From Paramecium tetraurelia (taxonomy: Eukaryota): 64,000 bases of DNA. The stretch is taken from positions 1-64,000 of the forward strand of contig CT868141.1 of NCBI GenBank assembly GCA_000165425.1, written 5' to 3'. Made by a program: the position numbers and the translations under genes. Below the pieces are notes generated by a model. That model was not told the DNA's origin. It saw nothing but the letters and a program-made list of their open reading frames with translations, and searched no databases. Positions 26,521-39,912 of this stretch are shown here, piece by piece (positions within the stretch are counted from its first letter, which is position 1; each line of letters opens with the position of its first letter).

Positions 26521-29500
26521 TCATTTAGGAAGAATTTAGTTCACTTTTGGTGCTCTAAAAGTTTTACCTCTAAATTTGTTTCTTTTGCTCATATTAAAAA
26601 TCTAAGATTTATTATTTTCATCTCTAAATTATCTTTATGTTAGCAAATTCACTAATTGTAATTTCACATATTTATATTTTTCAAGATACATCTAAGGGAA
26701 CATTAGATATTACACTAATTTATTTCTAAGCTCTAATAACTTCGGCTAAATCTTTCTTTGCTAATAGTAAAATTCCTCTTTCTCAAGAACTTTAGTGAAG
26801 TTATTTTAAGGTTAATAATATTAAAACTCCTTGCAAACATCCATTTATTAAACTTTGGTCTTATTCACAAAATATTCCTGTTATAATGAGATGAGCATAT
26901 TAATTTTAGTAGATAACAAAAATGCATTTTAGATGTCTATATCATTTAAAATTTCCTTCTTTCCTTAATCAATCTAACTGATCCTAATATTCACTTTCTC
27001 CAAGATCAACTTCAATTATTGGTTCTATTGTTAAATATCTTAAAACTTATTTGACAAAGTCTTTTTGCTCGATTTCTTCTTCTTCATAATGTTAAGTTTA
27101 ATAACCATTTAAACAACTTTGCGAAATCTTTACAATACTTGAATTTGTCTAAATCGACTAAATTCTATTGTACATGATGGTCTCAATCGTCTTGAATTCG
27201 GATTTTAAGTACATGACTTAGCTTCTATTGATTTGAGTTATTGGACATTAGATTATCTTCTTTTAGTTCCCCTGATTATCATTGGCAATTTCTGTTTGTT
27301 CTCTTCAGGTTCAAATGCATCAATTGTGCTCCCTCTTTTATTCAAAATACTGAATCTTGCCTATGGTCTATGATGCTACATTGGAGATTATGCCAAATCT
27401 GGAGATGCGACTATCACATCAATCTTTTTGATTTAAGAACCTTTGGGGTCATCATCCTCTTCAGGAGGTTCATCATAAAATTCAGTCCATTTAGAATTGC
27501 AATTGCTGTAAAATTGAGCAATATCAGAGATCTCTTCTTAATCCACTAATGCATGAAATTAATTTATAAATCTTTTCATGTTCCTTTTGAATTTTGATCT
27601 GTTATGATCTTTGTTAAATAAATGTTTTTTAATTATGAATTCTCTGTCACTCACGTAATGTAGAAGAGGACAATTCATGACTCTATGAGTTGAGGATTAA
27701 CATGAAAAACATTTCATATGTTGAATATAATCTTAATTAAATAGAAGTCCATCATGAATATTTCTAAAATTTTCATAATCTTCTGGATAATCAGGCAATA
27801 TTCTTAAAAAATCATCTCGAGATAGTAACAGCAATTTAGTGAAACCTAAACTTCTAAATTTCTCTCGAGATTTTTGACCACTAATAAAACTGTAAATGCC
27901 CAAACTACTTCCCTTCCCTACTTTACTAATCACAGACACTTATTGATGTGAATAAATGGAGTCCTTTTAATCATTTTGAATTAAGATCTAAACTTCTCCA
28001 TGTTCTATAAAGCACATAAAGATTTAACCATTTGGAAGAGTTGGGAATATTTGATCAAATTCCACTATATTTTCAGGCTAGATTACTGTTTATTTAATTT
28101 GTCTTACCAACTTATTCTTTAATTAATCACTGAAATGATTTTTAAATAAGGGACATTCATTTAAAATGATAGAATTTGCTTGTAACATTAATTATTCTCT
28201 AAGATTTTAAGATAGTTAATTAATAATATTTTATTCATCCTGTGATTCTACTTGACTTTGTGATTGCCAATAGTAATTCAAATATTCTCTAACTTAATAC
28301 TGTAGTTCATATCCAATCTTCTTATTTTGCATATAAGTATTTATTGTATGCACCTTTTTCATCTTCTCCTATTCATAGGCTGATATCTTGTCTAAGATTG
28401 TTCCTACTGTACTCACACTATAACTCAGTTGAATGCTGCAAAACATCATATAGAATATAGATATAATTCTTTCTATGTAACTAACCGGCGTAATATCTCC
28501 ATATCCTACTGTGAACATCGTCACTGTAGAATAATAAAATGAAAACAAATACTAAACGGCAAAGGTTTCATGTTCAATATGATAAAGTTCTAACCAACTT
28601 CCTTAAACTGAATGGTTGTGGCTATATTCCCCAACCTAAATTATATAGTTATTCTTATTACTTACAAAAAACCACAAACAGGAGTAGCAATGCAAAACGA
28701 AAAACAATACCAATATCAATTTCAATAACTCTAACATTGATGAAACTGGCTTCGACAAATTCAGCACTTCTTCTATTTAGGCAATCAATTTCGGAATATT
28801 TCTACTTTATACATAAAATAAAGCAATAAAAACATCTGCCCAATTGTCCAACACATTGATTGTGTTGGAATTTGAATTAAAGAGGTAAATACTTAGAATT
28901 AACAAGGATATGGATTCCAAGCCATAGCTTTTTGTGATTACATGTTTAGCTATGATTGCTCTTTAATTCGCTATTTAGCCAAACTGATAAAAAGAATTGT
29001 TAAAGCTTATGATATAATCTAATAATAATATTATAAGTGCTAAAACCGAAACTGGGTATAACTAACCATAAATCACTGGAATTTGTGTCCATCCCAAATC
29101 TATTGGAATTACATACATGAAATATAACCTGGAAAAAGCAACAAAACAATCCCAAATCAATTTCCATCTTGATTCAGGGGTTATTAGGGGGATTTTTTGA
29201 AGTTATTATTCGATTCTGTTAAAAAATTGCTTGATATTTTATTTTTGGTGAATTGCATAGCTCTTTACTTGTTATAGTGCCGATGGTTTTTCGATCTGCT
29301 CGACTTGATTTGATCTTCTTAATCCTCTATGCATTGGTTTAAAATGTAAACTACTCTCCTTAAATAATTTTAAATCGAATGACGAGCCTTTATCATTTAA
29401 TAAATCGTATTAATATTGACTGAATTTCGTGTTTATTCTTTTTCGCTCACTAATTCTTCTTATAAACTTGATTGCATTCCAAGATTAAAATAATGTTAAT

Positions 29501-29775
29501 TAATGCTAAGGTTCATCTTTTTATTGCCGGCTAGATGATTATAAAATTAATCTGGCATCAGGACTATCTATACTCATTCGCTGACTTCTCAATTCTTCAT
29601 TTGACAAAGGAGTAGGCTCTGATTACTTTTAACCTCTCTATTAGGAAATTGGATAATAAGCATCAGATAGAGAATTATTGACAAAGTCATGAATTTCACC
29701 TATCTGCTCATCAGTAATCATGAATTACTACACTTTGTGGGACTGTTCTGAATCGCTTTGAGTTCTTTATTGCAT
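26521..29775 (-). CDS. Cyclic-nucleotide-binding-domain K+ channel (EAG/KCNH-like, ciliate expanded family)
   Basis: Pore TVTMFTVGYGDITP, C-linker QYQVREYLNYYWQ, CNBD ...FTKLLLLSRDDFLRILPDYPEDYENF, and C-terminal MDVCKEFQYYQPQNN. The frame is consistent from start to stop. Confidence 0.92.
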
Positions 29776-30239
29776 CTAATTAATATTATAATCTATATTT
29801 GTTATTTATTGAAAAATTCAAATTATCAATTACTAAACAAAAAATTACAGAGTTTTATATTTTCAACACCTTATTGATTAAGGATTATTAGAGAGTAAGG
29901 AAATCTGCAATTATATTTACAATAAATAGTATCCAATTCAATTTCAGGAAGATTAGTGCTCTATTTCTAGATAATTTAAATAATTATTGTCCCAATAATA
30001 ATTAGATAGAATAAAACTTAATATTGATCAAATCTATTTATTAACTCACTAAGATATAAATAAGAAGATATACAAAAATAAGATAGCTGTTGTTCCCTGT
30101 TTTCATCCAATTTCTATTTGGTTATTAACATGAAATCCTAAAATTACATAATCTGTTAATTGTTATCGATTAATTATAAATATATACATATATATTTTAG
30201 AATGTAATATAAATGATAAGAGAATATAAATTTTATAGG

Positions 30240-31060
30240 TCATTGATGCTTTATATATTTGGATCCATTAGATTTTTATCCATTTTCTAATGAGTATCTT
30301 TTCTCTTCCTTTCTACCTCCATTGTCAATAGTTTCAACTACTTCGGTTGTTCCATCAGCCTTAGTTGTTGTCTTTCTTGTGACTGTAACTTTACGACCAT
30401 TTCTATGTTATTAATATTGAATTTGTACTGCACTGTTGTTGAAGTAGAAATTGATGTAGCTCCTCCAAATCCACCTCCAAAATTTGAAGATTAAAACGAT
30501 TAGAATTATCCTCCTCCTATTCCCATGAAGTCATCGTCACCAAAGCCTCCAAAACCTCCAAATCCTCCAAATCCTGAGAATCCAAAAGGACTTCTTTAAG
30601 AGTTGTTACTATTTTTTTTGCTTCCACCTCTTCCAAAGAAAAACCCAAAATCATCATCATTATCCATTCCACTATCCTTAAAGAAGCTCTCAAATATTTT
30701 GAAAGGATCAAATCCATCATTAAAGTTACTAAAACCTTGAAAACCTTAAAATTAACTAGCACCACCCCCATTTTTTAAACTAGATAAATAAAAATTAGAT
30801 TAGCATACCCGTCGTGACCATATCTATCGTAAATAGCTCTCTTATCTTTATCAGACAATACAGAATAAGCCTCTCCAATTTTTATAAACTTCTCTTAAGC
30901 TTCTTGTTTATTATTGGGGTTTTTATCCTTAAAATAGTATTCTAAAACATACTGGATGCCACTTGATGGCTAATTTTCTGTAAGCCTTTTTGATTTCATC
31001 ATCAGAGGCTGTTTTACTAACTCCCAAAACCTCATAATAGTCTTGTTCTTTATTTGACAT
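30240..31060 (-). CDS. DnaJ/Hsp40 class B (DNAJB6-like) co-chaperone
   Basis: [40 protein letters not shown] (25-nt intron at 30928-30952), followed by a G/F-rich region and an S/T-rich C-terminus. Confidence 0.95.
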
Positions 31061-31119
31061 GATTTAGTATTTATAGATTATTATATTATTTAAAACCAGA
31101 GAGGAAGTTAAATATGCAC

Positions 31120-31134
31120 AGAAGATTCTAGAAC
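31120..31134. promoter_or_regulatory. Heat-shock element (nGAAnnTTCnnGAAn) about 60 bp upstream of the DnaJ ATG
   Basis: Sequence aGAAgaTTCtaGAAc, three perfect inverted nGAAn units. Confidence 0.7.
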
Positions 31135-31440
31135 TTTATTTAAAATAATTTATAAATCATAAATTCTTGATGAGCTGTATTTCCAAGCATAGTTGTCTGA
31201 ATCCTCCTAGACCTTGAAATTAAATCATAATATCAAATTATAATCTCATAACAACGCGTTATTTCTTCTATCTTTGGACAAACTATGCTCAAAACTGAAA
31301 TAAGATATCGATTTCATAGAATCTCTAATCAGAGTGCCTATCTTTATGAGATTAGTGGATAAGAGAGAAGAGAAGTGTTTTCAAAAGGAGGGGAAATAAA
31401 AAAGGATTTTTATAAAAAATATTATTTTATATAATTATTA

Positions 31441-32276
31441 ATGCTGACTAAATTGTTGTAGAAATCAAGATAGGCACGATTTTGTGGTAATGAAAAGAGA
31501 TGAATATTTAGTTTATATTAAGAATTCTGTAAACTATCACGTCGCTAATTCATAAGATCCAAATAGTAAATTCGCTACTCCTTAATTCAATTCAAGCATT
31601 CTTGACTTTGATAAAGATCAGGAAAACAATGTTTAAATGCACTACTATCAAGGTATTTAGTAGTGTGAGATTGTTTAGGCAAGTTCATGCCAGATGAATT
31701 GGATTGGACAGACGTTTGGGAAACAGCATATCAAAATTTTACACAACCAGAATACCTTTATCATTTTTGGTTTTGTGGTGTCCTATATTGTTTCGAGCCT
31801 GAATGGACCATCAACTATCCATATGAAAAGGGTCCTCTTTCACCCTTGTTTAGAGGAGAACATGCCTTAAGAAGATATCCAACAGGAGAGGAAAGGTATT
31901 TGCAGACATTATAAAATTTAGATGCATTGCATGCAAATTATGTTAAAGTGCTTGTCCAGCAAGAGCCATTACAATAGAAACAGAGCCAAGACCTGATAAT
32001 TCAAGGTATATTCCTTTAATATTCTATAAGACGTACTGTGAGATATGATATTGATATGACCAAGTGCATTTATTGTGGATTTTGTTAAGAAGCATGTCCA
32101 GTGGATGCTATTGTGGAAGTAATTAAAAATATTCTAATCAGGGTCCAAATTATGAATATACTACATACCAACATGAGGATTTATTCTACGACAAATTTAA
32201 ACTTCTAGAGAATGGAGATAAGTGGGAACCTTAAATAGCAAGGAATATTGAATATTTAATTACAAGAAAGTATTGA
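31441..32276 (+). CDS. NDUFS8: Mitochondrial complex I 23-kDa Fe-S subunit (TYKY/NuoI)
   Basis: [49 protein letters not shown] and [24 protein letters not shown]. About 5 tiny introns. Confidence 0.97.
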
Positions 32277-32328
32277 TTAAATAAAATTGAATATTTGCAA
32301 TAAGAAGATATATAAATATATTACAGGA

Positions 32329-35300
32329 TCAATTTTGTAGTTTAATATCTTACTAAATAAAGCTTAAAATATAAGCATTTTCGAGTAACCTTTCCAAGGG
32401 AACCAGGGTTAGCAGTTATTTGCTTGTTTAATAATGCGATCGAATATTTCTCATTGATATAATCATTATTATCATTGATATAGTCATCAATACAGCAGAA
32501 AACACTACCAAAATTATATCTAAATTGATGTTGTCTTACACTGATTACTTAATCTGATTAGTTAGGGTTGAGACAATAACAAAAAACCCCATAGAATCAT
32601 AAAGACGTTCAATTTATGATATGGCAGAATAATAATTCTACTACAGATATTCCTGAGAGGCATTATTTTCTAGATCCTACAAAAATCTTAATTGTTAATC
32701 ACACAAATCTGCAAAGATCACACTTAATCCTCCCTATAAAATGGGAATGCTCATGCATTGCTCATATGAAAACAAATCATCATATTACTAAATACTTGTT
32801 CTATGATATGAATATATTGTGTATTTACAGTGAATCATTGAAAATGTTGCAAGCCGATTTTGTTACAATGTTGTAAATAGTTTAATCCTATTGATACAAC
32901 GACAGCTTCTTTCTTAAAGTATTCAATTCATTAACAGTGTTATTTTAAATTGCCAAGATATCACTGGTGATTTTGGTTTAAATGAAAACAGAGGATTAAG
33001 CAAATGCTAAAGTAATCTCGTAATATGCCTATTAAAACAGAATTTTATCATTGAATTAGATAAGTACCTTATCTATAGTTGCTTAATGCAATAAATTGCT
33101 TCCTATAAAATATATGGAACAAACTATCATCATTATCAAAACAAATAAGAAAAAGATTATTTGAGTTGAATTATTTTCTAATGTATTATAGTATTAACAA
33201 ATACTTTTTTATTTAATTCTTTTCCCTACTTTCTAGTATTTCTCCAAAATAGAATTGTTGGTCTATTTATGAAAAGCTTATCCCATAATCAATTCAAACT
33301 TTTCCTCATTTGTTTCTTCTTTTTTGAATTTTACTGTGTTCATAAGTGAATGCAAAGAAGAAAACGTTACGTACTGCTCTTGTATCACATCTGTAGTGAA
33401 TGTGCAAAACAATTTGTATACTTTTTATTTCATCTGTATAAGTATGATGCACTTGTATGCATACCAACAAATAAATAACACTAGAACTATTTCTTCAGCT
33501 ATAACTCTAAAAATAATATTCATAAATATTATAAATGATTTACATATATTGGATATTAGTAATATTTCTAGTTGTATCTGCTTTATAGAGAGTATAAACA
33601 ATGTTCTCAAAGTACTTAGTATTATTCAAGAACGCATTGTAATTAATTAATTAATTACTTTTCTGAATCATCATCTGCTAAATAATGTTAATCGATTATT
33701 AATTAAGTGAATTATCGACATTGACTTCTTCTATTTCGGGAATATTCTTCAAAGCATCATCAATATTTTTTATTTCACTCTAATAGAAATCTAAACTAAT
33801 TTATTGCAAATCTGAAAATGGAAATAGTAAACTATATTTCAAATAGTAAGAAGAAATCACAAATTCATTATAAAAATAAGATAATTAATAGGGCAGATTC
33901 TGACTAGATTGATTTTATTAAATCTTCTGGTAATTCGAAGAGAAAAGTAAGCAATTAAGAATATAAGATCCTATTATCGATAAATAAAATGCCAGTAACA
34001 CAAATGCCTGTTTTTTGTTTAAAGTTGAATTTTCACTCAAGCAATCTCGCATTTACCGTTTTAGTTATGACTGGTTGTTTTACGATGATCTACTGCCTAT
34101 AGACATATTATTTTAGTTATCAACTTTATTCATTTAATTCTTCTTCTTTTCATCAATCTTGATTGAAGGTTAACCTTCTTTGGGAACATTTTATTTTTGT
34201 TCCTATAGACTTTCATTTTCATTCTGAATTTCATCTTCGGCATATTATATTAGTTAAATTTATTAATGATGAGTTGTATTTGTTATATTTACTGTAGCTA
34301 ATTAGTTTTTCACTTCATAAATCATCCTCTCTTCCTCTTCCAATAAATCGTGATCTAAATCACAGTCTAATACCCAAGGAGAATTTAATAAACTTGCATT
34401 CTCTCTATAACTAGTAGAGTTTTGAAATTATTAAATATTAAATTATTTTGATGTTCTCCCCCTTAACTATATTATTTATTTACTTGAAATCTTTAAATTG
34501 GGCATCAATCTAAAATCTTACAATTCCAAAATCACTAATCTAATGATTAAATTGTATTAATACCTCAAATTGATAGTAACCAAACTCATAACATGTAATT
34601 AAACAAGAAAAATAACATTTTCAGTAGGCTAATTTTCAAAATTCTTATAAATTTATTTTTAAAAATATAATTTGGATAAACTTTTTGATAATTATGACTA
34701 CGACATGCTTTTGTTTTAATTAATTAATGGAATGATGAATTAACATTCGAACTTTCTATCTAATTTATCAAAATTTTAATCGTAAATCTCTTCCCAAATT
34801 TTAGCTAATTCAGGTACAAAAAATAAGCAATCCAGTCCTCTTATTTATTAAACTGATATTCCCAAATGCTTTTAAAACATCTCCTCAAAAATATTCTGAG
34901 TAATCTCTTCAATTTATCCTTTCTCATTCAAAATCATATATCCAAATGTCAGATTCACAGGTGTAATTAGAGCAGTAGCACCAAACTCAGTTGGACTTGT
35001 TTCAATTCTCAATCTAGTATTAATAGGAACCAAAAATTAACCCTTATTCTTACCCAATATCACTCTAACCTCTGATCTTACCACTATAATTCTCCCTCTC
35101 TCTACAAAATTATCTAAATACATATCGTGATCATCAGCAATTATTTGAGGCATGAATCTGTGTATATTTTAATCTTTAATCTCTTCATCCTTAAACCCAA
35201 TTGCCTACTAAAATGATCTTGTGTATCTTATGACATTTCCTCTGGGTTACAGTAAGGTAATTTAAATAACACAACTGCCTGGATCAAATATTGTTTTTTC

Positions 35301-37256
35301 GATTGATTACATAAAAAAAGTCACCAATTTTCCTTCCAATCGGTATAGTTTAGGTCGACTCTTGTTATATTATATATATTTAGAGAACAGATTATAGATG
35401 GTGTCACATTCATTCGATAGTGGGTTTATAGTAAATGCTTACTGTAATTGAGACTCAACAGCTTTCATATTACTTAATATCTCAAATCCAATGGTTGCCA
35501 ATTAATCAATATCAATTATGGATGTAAGTATCAATCCATACCATTCCTAAGACTCATAGAAATTCTATTACCTTAAATTATCTTGCAATTAAGCACATAT
35601 TCTATTTAATAATAGACAGAGATTCTTCGTATTGATAGACTCTTTTGAAAATGTACTTCTAATTTTTAAGATCATTCTTTTTAACTAATTGATCAAACTC
35701 TTCCAAAGCATCATATTTTAATTTATAAATAATTGCTTATTCCTTAAGTGCCATGCCCTTAATTTAAGATTAATAGATACTTATGATTGCATCGACAATC
35801 TAATCACTTCGTATATTGCTTATGTGGGTAATTTTTTAACTTAAACTAAAAAGTAGATGTAAATCAAAGTTAAGTATGTGTTCGAAGTTTCTATAATCTC
35901 ATCCTCTAAGGTTTGTGATATCAATTCTTTAGCAAACATCTTCATTTAGGTTATTGAATTAAATTAAAAGTTTTCCTTTTCTGAAAATTCTTCGCAAAAA
36001 CACTTGAATTTCATTTTTATCTATTTTTATAATTTTCTTTCTCGATTCTATGAACAATATCTCAAGTGATTTGTTATGAACGAGTACATAAACAATGATT
36101 CCATAGGATCCAAGGATCTCTACTCTTTTTTTAGTTTAATCTATTTTTTAAATAAATGATAAATAAATCGTATTTATTTTTCTAAAGAATTTCCTGAAGA
36201 TTTTAATTAGGATAGTTTCTATCTTTCAGTTAGAGTTTTAAGAATGTAAGCTATGAAGGGATAGAAGAACAATAGGAATCCCAAAATATTTAACTTGTCT
36301 ACCACATCACTAAGTTCAACTACCAAAAGTGCTATTTAGTATATCAACAAATAGCTTGAGATATGAAGTTGCAATTAAGAAATTTAGACTTCTACGTACA
36401 CAAGTTAGTGATAACTCATAATTACATTCATCAATAAATATATCAGGTAAAAGACTTGAACTGTTATGGTGTTTACTTCCAATCCTATTAATATGACTAT
36501 CATTGTTTAAAATGCAAATACTAAATGCACTTTCTATTAATTAAATCTTCCTAAGAAATCTTGGTTTTTCATCTTAAATTCAAAGCAATGTAAATCAATA
36601 ATTAAGCTGAAAATCAACTGAAGTGCTATTGAAAACATGGAAATACTAGCACCAAAGAGCAAGAACTAGTTAAGTGAATCTAATATAAACAATTAATACT
36701 TGTCTTTTGATAATAATTCAAAATGTGAAAGTGAGAATAAAGTAAAGGGATTCTCATTAGCATGTAATAAATTTGCATGTAAACTGAAATGAATTATTTG
36801 ATCATAGTATTTTGCTCTATTTCTTTTTATCTGTTCTAAATTAAATTTAGTAAAATAATACAATTTCAAGAGTCATCTCAATTATTTATCCATTTTAATT
36901 TATTCTAACTGAAGTATTTAAGATCAATATTACTAAACAGATAAAGGTTAAAAAGGTCAGTATGAATCCTATTAACATGAAAAGAATGTGCATCTCTATA
37001 TACTCTCCTAAGACACTATAGAATCTATGAATATAAGTTAAATAGTAAACCGAAATATATTCAAAATATAATGGATGAAGTCTAAATATTCGGCTTTATT
37101 AAGGACAGGTATGGTTTGAGTAATCAAGGATAACAACTAGATGTTTTCAACAATTAAAAACCCTATTGAGAGTTCAAGAGATTTCCTCCATATTCCTTTG
37201 ACAGTGAGAAATTGCTAAATGTAAAAGTCTTTAACTTGAAAAAGAAAATTTCTCAT
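32329..37256 (-). CDS. Large multi-pass membrane protein with PAS-like domain (TmcB/C-like family)
   Basis: N-terminal TM cluster, IHRFMPQIIADDHDMYLDNFVERG (PAS-like), C-terminal TMs and TSKQLLTLVPLERLLENAYILSFI. Introns are present. Confidence 0.78.
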
Positions 37257-37772
37257 TATTGCTGATGTTTTAGGATAATTTAAAAATATTTATATGATTA
37301 ATATATATTTTTGCATTCTTTTCATAATAAACAAGAAAATACAAGATTTATCAAAGATTATTTAGCTATTCTTACATCAACATTCTAAATCACTTTTATT
37401 GTGAAATCCATGCATTTCTTACATACTTGATGAGACAATAATAATTTTTAATCATACATTAATTTAATTTTTTAATCCATTAATTGAATATTTTCAATGT
37501 TAAAATTATACTTTGCGATTATTTAATCATGTTCAGAATTATTTTTTTATTTTAATCTCATTAATTTATTTTTATTAATCAATATTTTCTACCTTAATTT
37601 TGAACTGCATACAAGAAAGTCAACTATTCAACAAAATTCATAGAGAAATACTCAGGACTATTTTCATTACCACAAAATTAATAAGAGAATTATAAGTTGA
37701 AATTTCAATAATATAATCAAAATTTGAGTCATATGACATATTATCAAATTAGAATTAAATATATTCAGAAGA

Positions 37773-39191
37773 ATGACTCTATTAAACATTGCAATGTAGA
37801 AAGATCCATTGCCTGAGAGAAGAAAAGTTTAGATGCATTAAATAGCGAAAAATTTGATTGTTCCACATTAAAGCATGGTTGGTTTCTGAAATAGAATTTT
37901 TCACTGATGCTTATGATTTATTCATAATGCAATTAGTCGTAATAATGATAGGAATGGTTTATTATCATGATGAAGTGAGAGATGGAGACACAGTAATAAA
38001 ATAAGCTGATAAGTTGTTTCCTATTTCTGAAACTCTATTGAAGCAGTTTGCATTGGTTGGAACTTTGATTGGATAGTTATTATTTGGATATTTAGCAGAT
38101 CTATTATGAAGGAAGAAAATGTATGGAACCGAATTTGTAATTCTAGTGTTTACGACAAATACTTCTGCATTTGCATCAAACACATCATCACCTAATGGAT
38201 TGACTGTTGTTGGAATGCTAATCATTTGGAGGTTTTTCTTAGGGGTAGGCATTGGAGGAGACTACCCTTTATCTGCAATTATAACATCTGAATTTGCAAA
38301 TACTAAAAATAGAGGAGCTATGATTGCTATGCAAGGTTTTTGAATCTTGTCAGGGAGCATAGTTGCCTTAATAGTCTTATTATCATTTAGCAATAGATTG
38401 AATAATGACGATCCATTAAATTATCTCTAGATTGACCATATTTCGAGAATAATAGTAGGATTTGGAGCCATTCGAGGTTTGGTGGCAATATATTTTCGTA
38501 TGACTATTCCTGAAACTCCAGAATTACTATGGAGATAAAGGAGATGTAGAAAAAGGAGCAAGAAACATTTAATAGGTTCTGTATAAGGATGATACATTAT
38601 ACGCTGATTCATGATAGGATTTGGAAAGGGATCCAATCTGAGTTAATATGAGATTTTGAAATAGGCAATTTATGGATATTTGATTACTTCAGCTTTAGGA
38701 ACAGTTCCTGGATATTGGTTGACAGTTCTTTTTGTTGATAAATGGGGAAGAAAGAATATTTAAATAATGGGATTTGTAGCATTAACAATTTTATTTTTAG
38801 TAATGGGTTTATGTAAAAATATTCTGGGTCAATTTATATTTATTGCTCCTTATACATTGGCAAATCTTTTCAACAATTTTGGTCCAAATGCTACTACTTT
38901 CAATATACCAGGAGAGGTTTTTCCAACTAGATATTGATCTACTTGACATGGAATTTCAGCTGCTGCTGATTGGGTGCAATCGTATCTTAAGTTTGATTTT
39001 TGGGATTAGGAGCAGACAATTTCAAAGCAATTATGTTGATATTTGCATCATTCATGCTTATTGGTTTTGGATTTACATTTCTAATTCCAGAAACTAAAGG
39101 AAAGAGTTTGGAAGAAATTTGTTAAGGATAAGAATAAAGTATTGAAATGTGTATATATTTGTCCAATAATAGTTAAATTAGATCAGGTTGA
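37773..39191 (+). pseudogene. PHO84-like MFS phosphate:H+ symporter pseudogene
   Basis: Motifs FFTDAYDLF, WRFFLGVGIGGDYPLSAIITSE, VPGYWLTVLFVDKWGRK, NFGPNATTF and IPETKGKSLEEI. In-frame TGA at 38107, 38341, 38935 and 38944, plus frameshifts and an internal deletion. Confidence 0.88.
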
Positions 39192-39245
39192 TAAGTGTTA
39201 ATTAATATTAACCAATTTATATAATTGATAATGTAAAAATCAACT

Positions 39246-39897
39246 ATGTCAAGTCATTTCTAATCAATCTCTCCTCCTTTTCTTTTGTCGAAGCGATTGA
39301 AAACAGATGGACCTGACTTTTTAACTCAACTGGATTTGAATGCCTAGCGATCCATCCAAAGAAGAATGCAAAGGAGCGAATTACAATTGACAGAGCCGGA
39401 TTAAAAACCTTCTTTAAGTAATTTTAGAATTAATTGGATAAGAATAGAAACAGAACATTAAAGTGCATCCCAGAATTATTCGAACCAAGTAGCCATCTCT
39501 GCCTTATCTTAAATTGGATGATAAACAGTATTATGATAAATGGTACATCCCTTATGATTAGCGATACATTCAAAAGGTTACTATGACTTAAGATTCTTAT
39601 ACAGGTAATCTGAGTCTTTGAATTTAGATCAATTGCACTTCTACAAGAATATGCACAAAGGGACTGTTTAATATGATCCATTTGAAAGTAAATTACCATA
39701 AGATGCTTAAAGAAGTATTGATTATAACCAGAGATCAGAAGTACTAAGAGATCTATTGCGAGGATAGAAAATGATTATTGAATTCAAAAAGTATTTAGTA
39801 CATAATGTTAAGATCTTTGGAGCAAAATTAATAACGCATTCCATAATTCTTAAAGAAGATATTAGAAGATAAAAAATTACAATAGTCTAAAAAGTGA
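39246..39897 (+). CDS. Hypothetical protein
   Basis: MSSHFQSISPPFLLSKRLKTDG...KWYIPYDQRY...RIPQFLKKILEDKK, with three about 23-25-nt introns inferred. Confidence 0.65.
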
Positions 39898-39912
39898 TGA
39901 TAATATAATTGA

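Noticed and set aside
37773..39191. Possible TGA recoding (Sec/Trp readthrough) in the phosphate transporter
   Set aside because: The TGAs replace Gly/Arg rather than Cys/Trp and co-occur with frameshifts and a deletion. Ordinary decay explains this.
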